Source: Candidatus Latescibacterota bacterium | Lineage (GTDB): Bacteria; Latescibacterota; UBA2968; GCA-2709665 | Length of the DNA: 64,000 bases | Assembly (NCBI GenBank): GCA_963667175.2 | Contig: CAXXXF010000002.1 | Location: 96,001-160,000 of the forward strand | Reading direction: 5' to 3' | Part shown: positions 20,270 to 28,213 of the stretch, piece after piece | How the letters are laid out: the number at the start of each line of letters is the position of its first letter | Position numbering within the stretch: position 1 is the stretch's first letter | Position numbers and translations under genes: made by a program | Notes under the pieces: generated by a model | Seen by the model: only the letters and a program-made list of their open reading frames with translations | What the model was told of the DNA's origin: nothing | Databases searched by the model: none

Positions 20270-20524
20270 CCACGCACGAACGTGAGAACCTTGCGCCCAG
20301 TGTGCCAACACCGGTTTTGTCTTTCACAAATGCACAGGTTTGGAATTGTACACTTTAGCTTTAGATGAGATGATGCGTTAATCAGGTGCCGGCATTGGAC
20401 GCTTCTCTTTCTGGTGTGTCGCTGTGTGTGTTTTCTATTGCGCCTTGAGAAAAAATCCGGTATTTTTTCGACAAACTACTTGGTTTGGAGGCAGTACCCT
20501 CTCCAGTGAGATCGGAGGTTTGTT

Positions 20525-21046
20525 ATGATAGAGCCTACTGAGAATACGCGAGTGGTTATTTGGGAACAGTTCTTAGAGGCATCTGCCATGGAGAGATATT
20601 ACCATAGTCTATCCATTAGATATCAGCGAATGCATAGATGGACTCTAATCTTCTTGGCATTTTCTGCTGTCGTTGGAATCGCACCTCATATAATCCAATT
20701 GCCTGCTCCTGTCAAAGTAGCGTCAAATATGACTGTAGCGGCAATCTCTGTTTTTGGTCTTGTTCAAAACCTGCCAGAAAAATCCGCTAAGGCGAAGTCG
20801 CTTTATGTGCAATATGCAACACACAAGAGTGAATGTGAGCATCTATGGATAGAATTACAAAATGATGCTCGTAATAATCAAAACGCACTGAGGAAGTTTA
20901 AGGAACTAGATAAAGAAAAGTTAAAAATAGAGGAAGCGGCTCAACTTTCATATTTGGATTTCGATGCGAAACTAGATAAGGAAAGTTGGGAGGTTTCGGA
21001 TAATTTCGCGAAAAAACAATACCAAACTAATTTGGAGACGGCATGA
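20525..21046 (+). CDS. SLATT-like two-transmembrane protein
   Basis: N-terminal helix YY..L..RY..MHRW, two TM helices, helical C-terminus; low GC; GGAGG RBS. Confidence 0.55.
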   Translation: MIEPTENTRVVIWEQFLEASAMERYYHSLSIRYQRMHRWTLIFLAFSAVVGIAPHIIQLPAPVKVASNMTVAAISVFGLVQNLPEKSAKAKSLYVQYATHKSECEHLWIELQNDARNNQNALRKFKELDKEKLKIEEAAQLSYLDFDAKLDKESWEVSDNFAKKQYQTNLETA

Positions 21047-21171
21047 GCAGAGTAAGACCCAAACCTCAACCTAGACCACAGGGTGATGAATACACAGAAC
21101 GGGTTCGACCGGCCACTGTTCCTCCACCTCCTCCGCCTCCAAAGCCGCGCCCCAAAGAACCTAAGAGATAA
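21043..21171 (+). CDS. 42-aa Pro/Arg-rich small protein (not in the ORF track)
   Basis: ATGA overlap with the upstream stop; MSRVRPKPQPRPQGDEYTERVRPATVPPPPPPPKPRPKEPKR. Confidence 0.55.
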   Translation: MSRVRPKPQPRPQGDEYTERVRPATVPPPPPPPKPRPKEPKR

Positions 21172-21210
21172 ATTCCGCTGATTGTTTATCTAGCCAGAAT
21201 CCATGTATTG

Positions 21211-21241
21211 AGGGGTGACGTTTCTTGAGAACGTCACCCCT
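21211..21241 (+). terminator. 12-bp hairpin downstream of the SLATT/peptide pair
   Basis: AGGGGTGACGTT ... AACGTCACCCCT; only a weak T-tract follows. Confidence 0.45.
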
Positions 21242-21518
21242 TGTCGTTGGTGGGTCTGCGGATATCGGATTTTGCGTTTCGGGTTGGTATTTTCACAGCT
21301 GCCCGGTCCAGTACTTTGATCCATATGAGCGGAAGGAGAACGAGTTTTTCAATTGGGCAATGTCCAAAGATTTCCGATTTGCCTATCAAAACGAATACCG
21401 CATTCTATGGTCACAGATGACAGCTGCTCCCGTCGACGGGTTTCATTTTGTTGATATCGGATCTGCTCACGACCTGATGAAAATGTACAACAAGCGCGGA
21501 GAAGAGATCCGTCTTTAA
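21225..21518 (+). pseudogene. 3' fragment of a hypothetical gene (K...FAYQNEYR motif, DUF2971-like)
   Basis: Protein-like C-terminus with no credible start; begins at the hairpin. Confidence 0.4.
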
Positions 21519-21636
21519 ACCTCTACACAAAATAGTGTATGTTTGTTAAATCGTGCTGCTTCCGTAAAGGTTCCGATATCGCGGTATATCTCTGTGCCTA
21601 CATTAATGAGCCAGTTCCCCTCGTACCCATTGACGC

Positions 21637-22236
21637 CTAAATTTCGGCGTAGTCTGGGTACAGCCTTTTCAGTTTGATGCGAGCATCTTCGGTCGTGAAC
21701 CGCCAATTGACAGCCTTGCTTTTGTTGTTGCGGTCGTTCGTCCAGGCGGAGACCTGCTCTTTGAGGGATTCGATATCGGGGATGCGTTCCTTCAAGCATT
21801 GGTTGCTCAAGACGCTCATTTCGATCTCTGCGATGTTGAGCCCTGCCTGCAGCAGGCAGGCGGGCGTGTGCGTGTTGAGGTTATCACACACCAGGACGAC
21901 GGTTTCAGCTTTTGGGTAGTCCATATCCAGGAGATCCTTGATCTCCTGGGCCCAGTCCACTGCGGTCTTTCGTTGTCTGACACACACCTTGCGCCAGCCC
22001 GAAAGGGGTTCGGTGAACATGAAGTTCACAGCGGTTCCGTTCCGTTCATACTCGTAGTCGTAGCGTTCAGGTTGGCCCCGACGTGTTGTGAGGGGAACAC
22101 GCGTCTCCTTGACCAACTGCACCGGGTGTTCGTCCATATTGACCACGGGCCTCAAGGCGTCGTAGGGCCGCTGATAGACGTCCAGGATATCCTCCATCGC
22201 GGCGACAAATGCGGCGTTCTGCTTGGGCGGAATCAC
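21637..22236 (-). pseudogene. IS630 transposase DDE portion with an in-frame internal deletion
   Basis: VVNMDE; DYEYERNGT; LVCDNLNTH; the usual ..HYTP.HGSW segment is replaced by PACLLQAG before LNIAEIE. Confidence 0.8.
21842..21860. repeat. 19-bp palindrome CCTGCCTGCAGCAGGCAGG inside the IS630 transposase
   Basis: Exact reverse complement of 11848-11866. Confidence 0.85.
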
Positions 22237-22247
22237 CCAGCACCTTC

Positions 22248-22703
22248 TCAGGTGAGGCTTACGTTTGTTTTTTTAAGCGTCCGTTGCACCGTTCGATATG
22301 AGATGCTATCGACAATCTCTAAAGCCACGAGTTCATCGGCTAAAAGCTTCAGCGTCCACCGCTTACGTCCCTTTGGGGGTTCACTGCAAGCCAACGCGAT
22401 CAAGCGGGCTTCCTTGGCCCCATCCAGCTTCCTTGGTGTGGGTGGATGCGCGCGCTTCTTTCGGTCAAGGGCCGACTCCAGGCCCCCCAACACAAAACGC
22501 TTACGGATGCCCTCAACCGTAGACCGATTGCACGAAAAGGCCTCCGTGATCTGACGGTCCAGCCACGCCGGACCCTCCGCATCCGCCTTCAGTAGTATGT
22601 GGGCGTGCCTGATTCGGTAGGCTTGCGTCTTGCCTTTGTTTACCAGATCCTGCAGACACTCACGTTCTTCGGGACTCAGACGCACAACGTATCTCTTAGG
22701 CAT
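22248..22703 (-). CDS. IS630 transposase N-terminal HTH ORF (joined to the DDE ORF by -1 frameshift)
   Basis: KRYVVRLS.EER; HA.ILLKAD; LIALACS.PP.GR.RWTL.LLA; A7 run at 22268-22274 gives KKNKRKPHLRRCWVIPP in the -1 frame. Confidence 0.88.
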   Translation of the reverse strand: MPKRYVVRLSPEERECLQDLVNKGKTQAYRIRHAHILLKADAEGPAWLDRQITEAFSCNRSTVEGIRKRFVLGGLESALDRKKRAHPPTPRKLDGAKEARLIALACSEPPKGRKRWTLKLLADELVALEIVDSISYRTVQRTLKKTNVSLT

Positions 22704-22765
22704 CTCGATGGCTCCTTTCTCTTCAGGGGAGACATCAGACGATAAGCACGACCAGGATTAGAAGT

Positions 22766-24190
22766 GGGCAAGTACTATTTTTAGTTGAAACGGGAGAGGC
22801 GTTTAGTCGGCGGCGAAAGCCTCTTGCGCGTCGTGATCGAGGTTGAGGTGTTTTTGTAGGGCAAGTCTGAGTATAGGAAGAAAGCGGTATCCTTTGATTC
22901 TCCGCAGTCGTGGCTCGATGTCTAACAGCGCGGCTGCCAACCACCGATATCGCTGATCGGAGTTGTTCCATCGTTTTACATTTCGTGTGCGCTGAGCGAC
23001 CATGGCGTTGAGGGATTCGATACAGTTGGTGGTGCGGAACGATTGTTTGAGCTGTGGCATGAGCCCCAGCCGATGGAGGGTGAGGGTTTCTTCGAGCCCT
23101 TCCTCGAGGCTGTTCAGTGCCGATGCGTTCCTCAGCGCCAGGGAGGGTTTGAGGGCCTGTAGCGCGGCTTTGGCTTCGTTGTAGGTCTCCTTGTCGTACG
23201 CATCGTGGAGGGCCTTTCTGACCTCATCCTGCTGTGATTTTGGCAGATAGGCGATCACGTTTTCCCGTTTGTGCCACTGGCAGCGTTGAATGGCGACGTA
23301 TCCGGATAGGGCCTTGGTCAGCGCGGTCCGCAACCCCTTCGAGCCGTCGATGAGGCACAGCAGCCCCTGGTGATACTGCAGTCCGCGATCGATGAGCGAA
23401 TTGACAAACTGCCGGCACACGCGCTCATTTTCACTGGCGGCCTGCACGAACCCCAGCGGGACCTTGTCCCCGTCGATTGTCACGCCAAGGGCGATGATCA
23501 TTTGCTGATCGGCAAAGGTCTTGCCATCCATAAACAGCCCCACCAGGTCATAGCCGGCAAGCGACCGTTCTTGAAACTGCCTCAGCTTGGCCGCTGATGT
23601 CTTTATGAACCGCTTCGAGACCGTCGACGAAGACAAGCCAAACGCCTCGGGTACCGCCTCTGCGCAACTGGCGTAAGAACGCGTGGCAAGGCCGCCCAGA
23701 ACGCGAAGCAGCAACCCTTCGTCCATGTCTCTGGGGCGCTGCAAGCGGCGATACGCCTGTAGAGGCACCTCCTCATTGGCTTCCACGTCGCGCACCCTCG
23801 GTACCGCCACGGGCACTTTCTGGTCCGATAGATACACCGATCCACGTTGCACGCCCCACCGGCGATTCGGGGCCTTGTCTGCTTTACGACTGTATCTCTT
23901 GCCCGTCAACGCGGCGACCTCATTCTGCAAGATTTCTTCCACGGCGGCCAGACCCAGAGGGATCAGCGACTGGATCAAGGCCACACGGACGTCAACATCC
24001 TCCAGCATACCTGCGGAGACCGCCCTGGAACTCACAACACCTTCCGTGTTCAACTTGACTTCACGAGACTTCGATGATACCTTGCTCATTACAGGCTCCT
24101 TTCGTATGAGGATACAGTATTCTACTCGGGACTACTGTATCCAATTTACATCGGAGCCTCTTCTATTTCAACTAAGATAGGTACATTCCC
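22766..24190 (-). mobile_element. IS256-family insertion sequence
   Basis: 8-bp target duplication TTAGAAGT (22758-22765 and 24191-24198); inverted repeats GGGCAAGTACTATTTTTAGTTGAAA / TTTCAACTAAGATAGGTACATTCCC. Confidence 0.92.
22803..24089 (-). CDS. IS256 (Mutator-type) transposase
   Basis: LFMDG; LIDGSKGL; QRCQWHK; RTTN.IESLN. Confidence 0.92.
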   Translation of the reverse strand: MSKVSSKSREVKLNTEGVVSSRAVSAGMLEDVDVRVALIQSLIPLGLAAVEEILQNEVAALTGKRYSRKADKAPNRRWGVQRGSVYLSDQKVPVAVPRVRDVEANEEVPLQAYRRLQRPRDMDEGLLLRVLGGLATRSYASCAEAVPEAFGLSSSTVSKRFIKTSAAKLRQFQERSLAGYDLVGLFMDGKTFADQQMIIALGVTIDGDKVPLGFVQAASENERVCRQFVNSLIDRGLQYHQGLLCLIDGSKGLRTALTKALSGYVAIQRCQWHKRENVIAYLPKSQQDEVRKALHDAYDKETYNEAKAALQALKPSLALRNASALNSLEEGLEETLTLHRLGLMPQLKQSFRTTNCIESLNAMVAQRTRNVKRWNNSDQRYRWLAAALLDIEPRLRRIKGYRFLPILRLALQKHLNLDHDAQEAFAAD

Positions 24191-24565
24191 TTAGAAGTCA
24201 ATAGGTAGTAGACAGTGTGCGCAAGTCTGTGAATGAGAGCGGATACAGCGTTTGGATGGCTGTTTGTCAAAACGAAGCGAAATATCGCTATCCAATATGC
24301 CTTTAGCGCGAACTGTTCTTGATGTGGCAATATCGGGGGACACATTTGCAGACGATACTGAGTTTCCCGCCCTCCCTGGCGTGCAGCGAAACATAATCGC
24401 ACCCTCAGGTTTCTCTCCCCCCTTTTATCTAGTTCAATCCCAAATGCGTGAGTCATGGTTTCTCGAACCGAATCCGTCTCGGGATCAACCTATCTGTTAA
24501 TTTCCCATGGGTTTTCTGCTTCAGCCGGAAATGACAAGAAAACAAGAACAATGGCCCAATCGAAT

Positions 24566-24641
24566 GGACAAGGACTGTTTTTAGTTGAACAAGGAGAGGC
24601 GTTTAGTCGGCGGCAAAGGCCTCTTGACGGTCATGATCGAG
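24566..24641. mobile_element. Remnant end of a related IS256 element
   Basis: About 64/76 identical (hand alignment) to 22766-22841, including the terminal repeat and the transposase stop. Confidence 0.75.
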
Positions 24642-24700
24642 TTGGAGTCCATATACATCATTCCTTCTTTTTTTCGTTTCCTCCTTCTTCCGTTCTCCAT

Positions 24701-25102
24701 CTACGGCTCTGCAGTGTCAGGCAGATGCAAGACGGCCTCATCGAAGGTGTAAAAAGCGCTCAACTCGTCCTCGTCGGAAGCCGTTTTTCTTGCCTTGCAT
24801 AAGATCAGGGCATCTGCGAAGTCCGCCTCCGTCCTGCGAAATGCCTGCAAGGCGCTCCAGACCACCTCGTCATCCTCGAAGCGTATGTTGGAATCCTGCA
24901 GAAGGGTATTGACCAGATCGATCAAGTCGGCCCGGGTCGCGCGATACCGGCGGCCAGCCAAAGTCCACGTTGTTTCCGCCAGGACCACGTCCGTAATGAG
25001 AACGCGCTCACCGCATTCAACAATGCGACGCGCCCGTTCAGCCTGCGCTTCGTCGTCTCTCAAGAGATAGCGCAGCAGGACATTGGTGTCGATTGCGATC
25101 AA
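24701..25102 (-). CDS. vapC: PIN-domain toxin
   Basis: IAIDTNVLLRYL; VLAE..W.L; DFADALI; TFD. Confidence 0.92.
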   Translation of the reverse strand: MIAIDTNVLLRYLLRDDEAQAERARRIVECGERVLITDVVLAETTWTLAGRRYRATRADLIDLVNTLLQDSNIRFEDDEVVWSALQAFRRTEADFADALILCKARKTASDEDELSAFYTFDEAVLHLPDTAEP

Positions 25103-25335
25103 GGCGTACGGTCCCGCGTTCTTTCAATGGCGTCTTGGCGCGACGCCTCGTCTGAAACCGTCGGATCCCCGTCAAGGCGCGCCAGGCATCCCCAGGCGCT
25201 GCCGGGCTGCTGGCGGACGATGGTTATGCGGCCGTCGGCCACGAAACTCAGGCACTCGTCTCCCGGCTCGATGCCGGCCAAACGGCACTGATCAGCAGGT
25301 AGCGTTATCTGTCGCTTGGCGCTGACTTTGGGCAC
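25099..25335 (-). CDS. vapB: AbrB/MazE/SpoVT-family antitoxin
   Basis: KVSAKRQITLP...GIEPGD; overlaps the vapC start. Confidence 0.88.
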   Translation of the reverse strand: MPKVSAKRQITLPADQCRLAGIEPGDECLSFVADGRITIVRQQPGSAWGCLARLDGDPTVSDEASRQDAIERTRDRTP

Positions 25336-25366
25336 GGTCTTCTCCGATGATGGTGATCACGTCAGA

Positions 25367-25381
25367 AATTCATAATGAATT
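25367..25381. promoter_or_regulatory. Palindromic putative TA operator
   Basis: Perfect 7-1-7 palindrome AATTCAT-A-ATGAATT about 30 bp upstream of vapB. Confidence 0.45.
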
Positions 25382-25646
25382 GCTTTACTTAACAAAATAT
25401 ACCAAGAAGAATAAATTAATACAAAGAAAATAACTAGAATGTAAAGAAATCGAGCAGAGAAACGGAAAAAAGGAAGAATGTAGAAGGAAGAATTAAGAGC
25501 AGGACAAGCGCAGAGCACCTCTATTCTCCATCCCGAGATTTTTCCTTCTTCCTTCTTCCTATTGCCATTCTCCTTCATATTCAGCCCATCAGTCACATGA
25601 TTTTACTTCCTTGTTTTTCCGTTTTCCTTCACATTCAGCTCATCGA

Positions 25647-26039
25647 TCACGTGATTTTCCCTCTTTCCTTCTTCCTTTTTCGTTCTTCCTTTCTTTTGGT
25701 CTGTTCAACGAATGCCTCGCCTCTAGAAGTGCGGCGGTAGCGCTGGTGGCGGCTCGTGGGCTTGTCCGGGAGCGTCATTTCAATCAATCCGGCCTCCAGG
25801 GCAGGCTTTTGGTACGATTCGATGAAATGGGGTCGGTCCTTGAGTTCCAATCCTGCCTGGATGCTGGCACGGCTCATCTCTCCAGTGAGTACAGTCACCA
25901 GTTGTTCGACCTGGTCGGCGACCTGGTCGATATCTTGTCGGGTATCTTGTGGGGTGTCTTGACCCGTCCCCCTATTTTTCAATGACTTATCTTGTCCGGT
26001 AACTTGGTCGGTCGCGGCGAGTAATGCCCGCTCATGCAC
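25647..26039 (-). pseudogene. C-terminal wHTH fragment of a Fic / RecG-C-type protein
   Basis: T.Q.T.QD low-complexity linker followed by MSR..IQ..L.LKDR.HF...Y.KPAL..GLIEMT.PDKP.SR.QRYR; N-terminal domain absent; C-terminus runs into a heptamer tract. Confidence 0.7.
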
Positions 26040-26109
26040 CGGGACTTAAATGAAAAAGGAAGAATGCAGAAGGAAGAAATCAAACCAAAATCAACCCAGC
26101 TTCTGTCGC

Positions 26110-26295
26110 CCGCATTCAACAACGCGACGCGCCCGTTCAGCTTGCGCTTCGTCGTCTCTCAAGAGATAGCGCAGCAGGACATGGGTGTCGATTGCGATCA
26201 AGGCGTTTGGTCCCGCGTTCTTTCAATGGTGTCCTGGCGCGACGCCTCGTCTGAAAACGTCGGATCGGCTTCAAGGCGCGCCACGCATCCCCAGG
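26110..26295 (-). pseudogene. 186-bp diverged copy of the vapB/vapC junction
   Basis: 12 mismatches and no gaps versus 25011-25196. Confidence 0.9.
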
Positions 26296-26700
26296 ATGAG
26301 AAAGGAAGAATGCAGAAGGAAGAAGGAAGAAATGAAAACCAAATCAACACAACCTCTGTCTCCGGGATTCCAGTTGGTAGAAACGTTGACGGGAAGTACG
26401 AACGCCCAGTTGTTACCAGGTGGCCTGATTAGGCCGATCCTGAAGTGGCCGCATCAGGTCGATCCTGCAATGGATTCATATGGGCGATCATTGACAATTC
26501 TGAAGTAAGAAGGAAGAAATAAAAACAAAATGAAGAAGGAAGAATGCAGAAGGAAGAAGGAAGAGCAGGACAAGCGCATATAACCTCTATTCTCCATCCC
26601 GCGATTATTCCATCATGTTCTTCCTTTCTTGTTCCTCCTTCTGCCTTCTGCTATTTTTTCCTTCTTCGTTTTCCCTTCCTCGTTTTTCCTTTTTCCTTCT

Positions 26701-27054
26701 TCATTTCTCTACATTTCTCTTTGCCGTCCGAATTGAAGCGACGAAAATCGCGGTCAATTCACCGCATTCATTTGTCAGGCCTGCAAGTCGCTCCTCAGGG
26801 ACGATTCCTGAGTCGACGAGTAGCTCAAGCCAATAACTGGTCTCTTCGACCTCCTTCAAACATTCGCCAGCTTTTGCGATGAACTCCGCTTTGCTCCGCG
26901 CACGATATGCCTCCCGGTAATTTGCCCCCACCGACGTTCCGGAACGGATCATTTGTCGGCCAATGACTTGAGCCTCGGCCCGCCTGGGAAGATCCGAATA
27001 CAGGCGAATGACCTGCAGCGCGAACGCCTTCCTCCGACTCCGAAGATCGGCCAC
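26701..27054 (-). CDS. Four helix bundle protein (TIGR02436 / 23S IVS protein family, Avd-like fold)
   Basis: FAL.VIRLY..LP....QVIGRQMIRSGTSVGANYREA.RARSKAEFIAK....KE.EET.YWLELL. Confidence 0.92.
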   Translation of the reverse strand: MADLRSRRKAFALQVIRLYSDLPRRAEAQVIGRQMIRSGTSVGANYREAYRARSKAEFIAKAGECLKEVEETSYWLELLVDSGIVPEERLAGLTNECGELTAIFVASIRTAKRNVEK

Positions 27055-27240
27055 TTCCTCCTTCTACCTATTGCCATTTTCCTTCATATTCAGCCCATCA
27101 GTCACACGATTTTCCTTCTTCATTCTTCCTTTTTCCTTAGATTTCATGAATTATCTACTTCCGAGTTCTATATCTCCACTCTCGAGGGCCGAGGCCTGCG
27201 GAATACCCTGAGCGTGGCGCCCTACCAGATTGTTGTCAAT

Positions 27241-27269
27241 AAGGTATATATCGGTACACCCCCCGTCAA
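27241..27269 (-). promoter_or_regulatory. Candidate sigma70 promoter reading into the four-helix-bundle array
   Basis: TTGACG - 17 nt - TACCTT on the minus strand. Confidence 0.4.
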
Positions 27270-27490
27270 TGCATTATCTTTCGTTGGACGGCGTGGAATG
27301 CGCGCGGACGCGGAGAATCCGCTTCTCCGGACGGCGGCTGCGGAATCGTTTCCCCTTGCTTAAGTCTTCGATTAGAGATATTTTCATTTTTACGCACCAG
27401 GGCGCTATCGCAGGACCGGAAATCGGCGCGGCATAAGCCGCCGGATTCTGACGCGTCCGGATAGAGCGTGACCAGGTAAGGAGAGGCAGG

Positions 27491-27880
27491 ATGGCGCAGC
27501 GATGGAGGGATTGGCTCGCCCAGGCGGAGCACGATTTTGAACAGGCAACGGCTTCTCGCAATGACGGTCGTCATGATTGGGCCTGTTTCGCCGCTCACCA
27601 GGCCGCAGAAAAGGCCGTCAAAGCGCTCCATCTCTCAATGGGACAGGAGGCATGGGGCCACGTTGTCGCCCGCCTCCTGTCGGAACTCCCTGAAGCGCCG
27701 CCGGAGCAGATTGTCGAGCAAGGACGGGCCCTCGACAATTACTACGTATCGACACGCTACCCGAACGGGCACCCTGAAGGGGCGCCCTACGAACACTACG
27801 GACCGTTGCAGAGCGATCAAGGATTGAGATATGCCGGTGACATCCTCAACTTCGTCCGTCAAGCGGTGGCCGGGGAGTGA
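27491..27880 (+). CDS. HEPN domain protein (HEPN-MNT toxin-antitoxin pair)
   Basis: W..QAE.D; WACF.AHQAAEKA.KA; WGH.V..LL; LD.YY..TRYPN. Confidence 0.9.
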   Translation: MAQRWRDWLAQAEHDFEQATASRNDGRHDWACFAAHQAAEKAVKALHLSMGQEAWGHVVARLLSELPEAPPEQIVEQGRALDNYYVSTRYPNGHPEGAPYEHYGPLQSDQGLRYAGDILNFVRQAVAGE

Positions 27881-28199
27881 AACTGTAATTGAAGGGCTTC
27901 GCCGCTGGTGCACGGATCAGTCTGAAGAGCGTGGGGACCTGTTGGCATTGGGATATTTCGGATCCTATGCTCGAGGGGACGCGAGTTTCGGCAGTGATCT
28001 CGACCTGGTGGCGGTGGTGGAGAACAGTCCCGCTCCATTTTTCGAGCGTGCGCGGTCCTGGCCGACACACACCCTGGCCGTACCCACCGATCTACTTGTT
28101 TACACTGCTGAGGAATGGCAGACGCTGTGCGACGACGGAGGCCGTTTCGCCAGTGTCCTCTTAGAAGAAACAGTCTGGTTGGTCGGTCCACGATCGTAA
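27831..28199 (+). CDS. Minimal nucleotidyltransferase (MNT)
   Basis: YFGSYARGD...GSDLDLV; VP.DLLVYT.EEW. Confidence 0.88.
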   Translation: MPVTSSTSSVKRWPGSETVIEGLRRWCTDQSEERGDLLALGYFGSYARGDASFGSDLDLVAVVENSPAPFFERARSWPTHTLAVPTDLLVYTAEEWQTLCDDGGRFASVLLEETVWLVGPRS

Positions 28200-28213
28200 C
28201 TGGGTGGGGACCA

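Larger units (their letters stand above)
21621..24210 (-). mobile_element. IS630-family element with a defective transposase and an IS256 nested in its 5' terminal repeat
   Basis: Ends TCGTACCCATTGACGCCTAA (21621) and TTAGAAGTCAATAGGTAGTA (24191-24210) are imperfect inverted repeats. Confidence 0.75.
24655..27135. repeat. Array of degenerate GAAGGAA/TTCCTTC heptamer tracts and longer shared repeat units
   Basis: Core AGGAAGAATGYAGAAGGAAGAA at 25471, 26057, 26303 and 26537; unit CCTTCAYATTCAGCYCATC near 25570, 25625 and 27080; pyrimidine tracts near 24657, 25540, 25655, 26615 and 27110. Confidence 0.85.

Noticed and set aside
22772-22777. GTACTA as the right end of IS630
   Set aside because: It lies inside the IS256 inverted repeat defined by the TTAGAAGT duplication; the better-matching IS630 end is at 24191-24210.
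26057-26560. CRISPR array
   Set aside because: Repeats are degenerate and low-complexity, the intervening segments are about 130-190 bp, and no cas genes are present.
25011-27054. Diversity-generating retroelement (near-identical repeat pair plus an Avd-like four-helix-bundle gene)
   Set aside because: The 12 differences are not adenine-specific on either strand of either copy (at most 5 of 12), and there is no reverse transcriptase in the window.
25357-27363. Phe/Ser- or Lys/Glu-rich ORFs (for example 25357-25596, 25611-25985, 26544-26882, 26953-27363)
   Set aside because: They are translations of the heptamer tracts or antisense to real genes.
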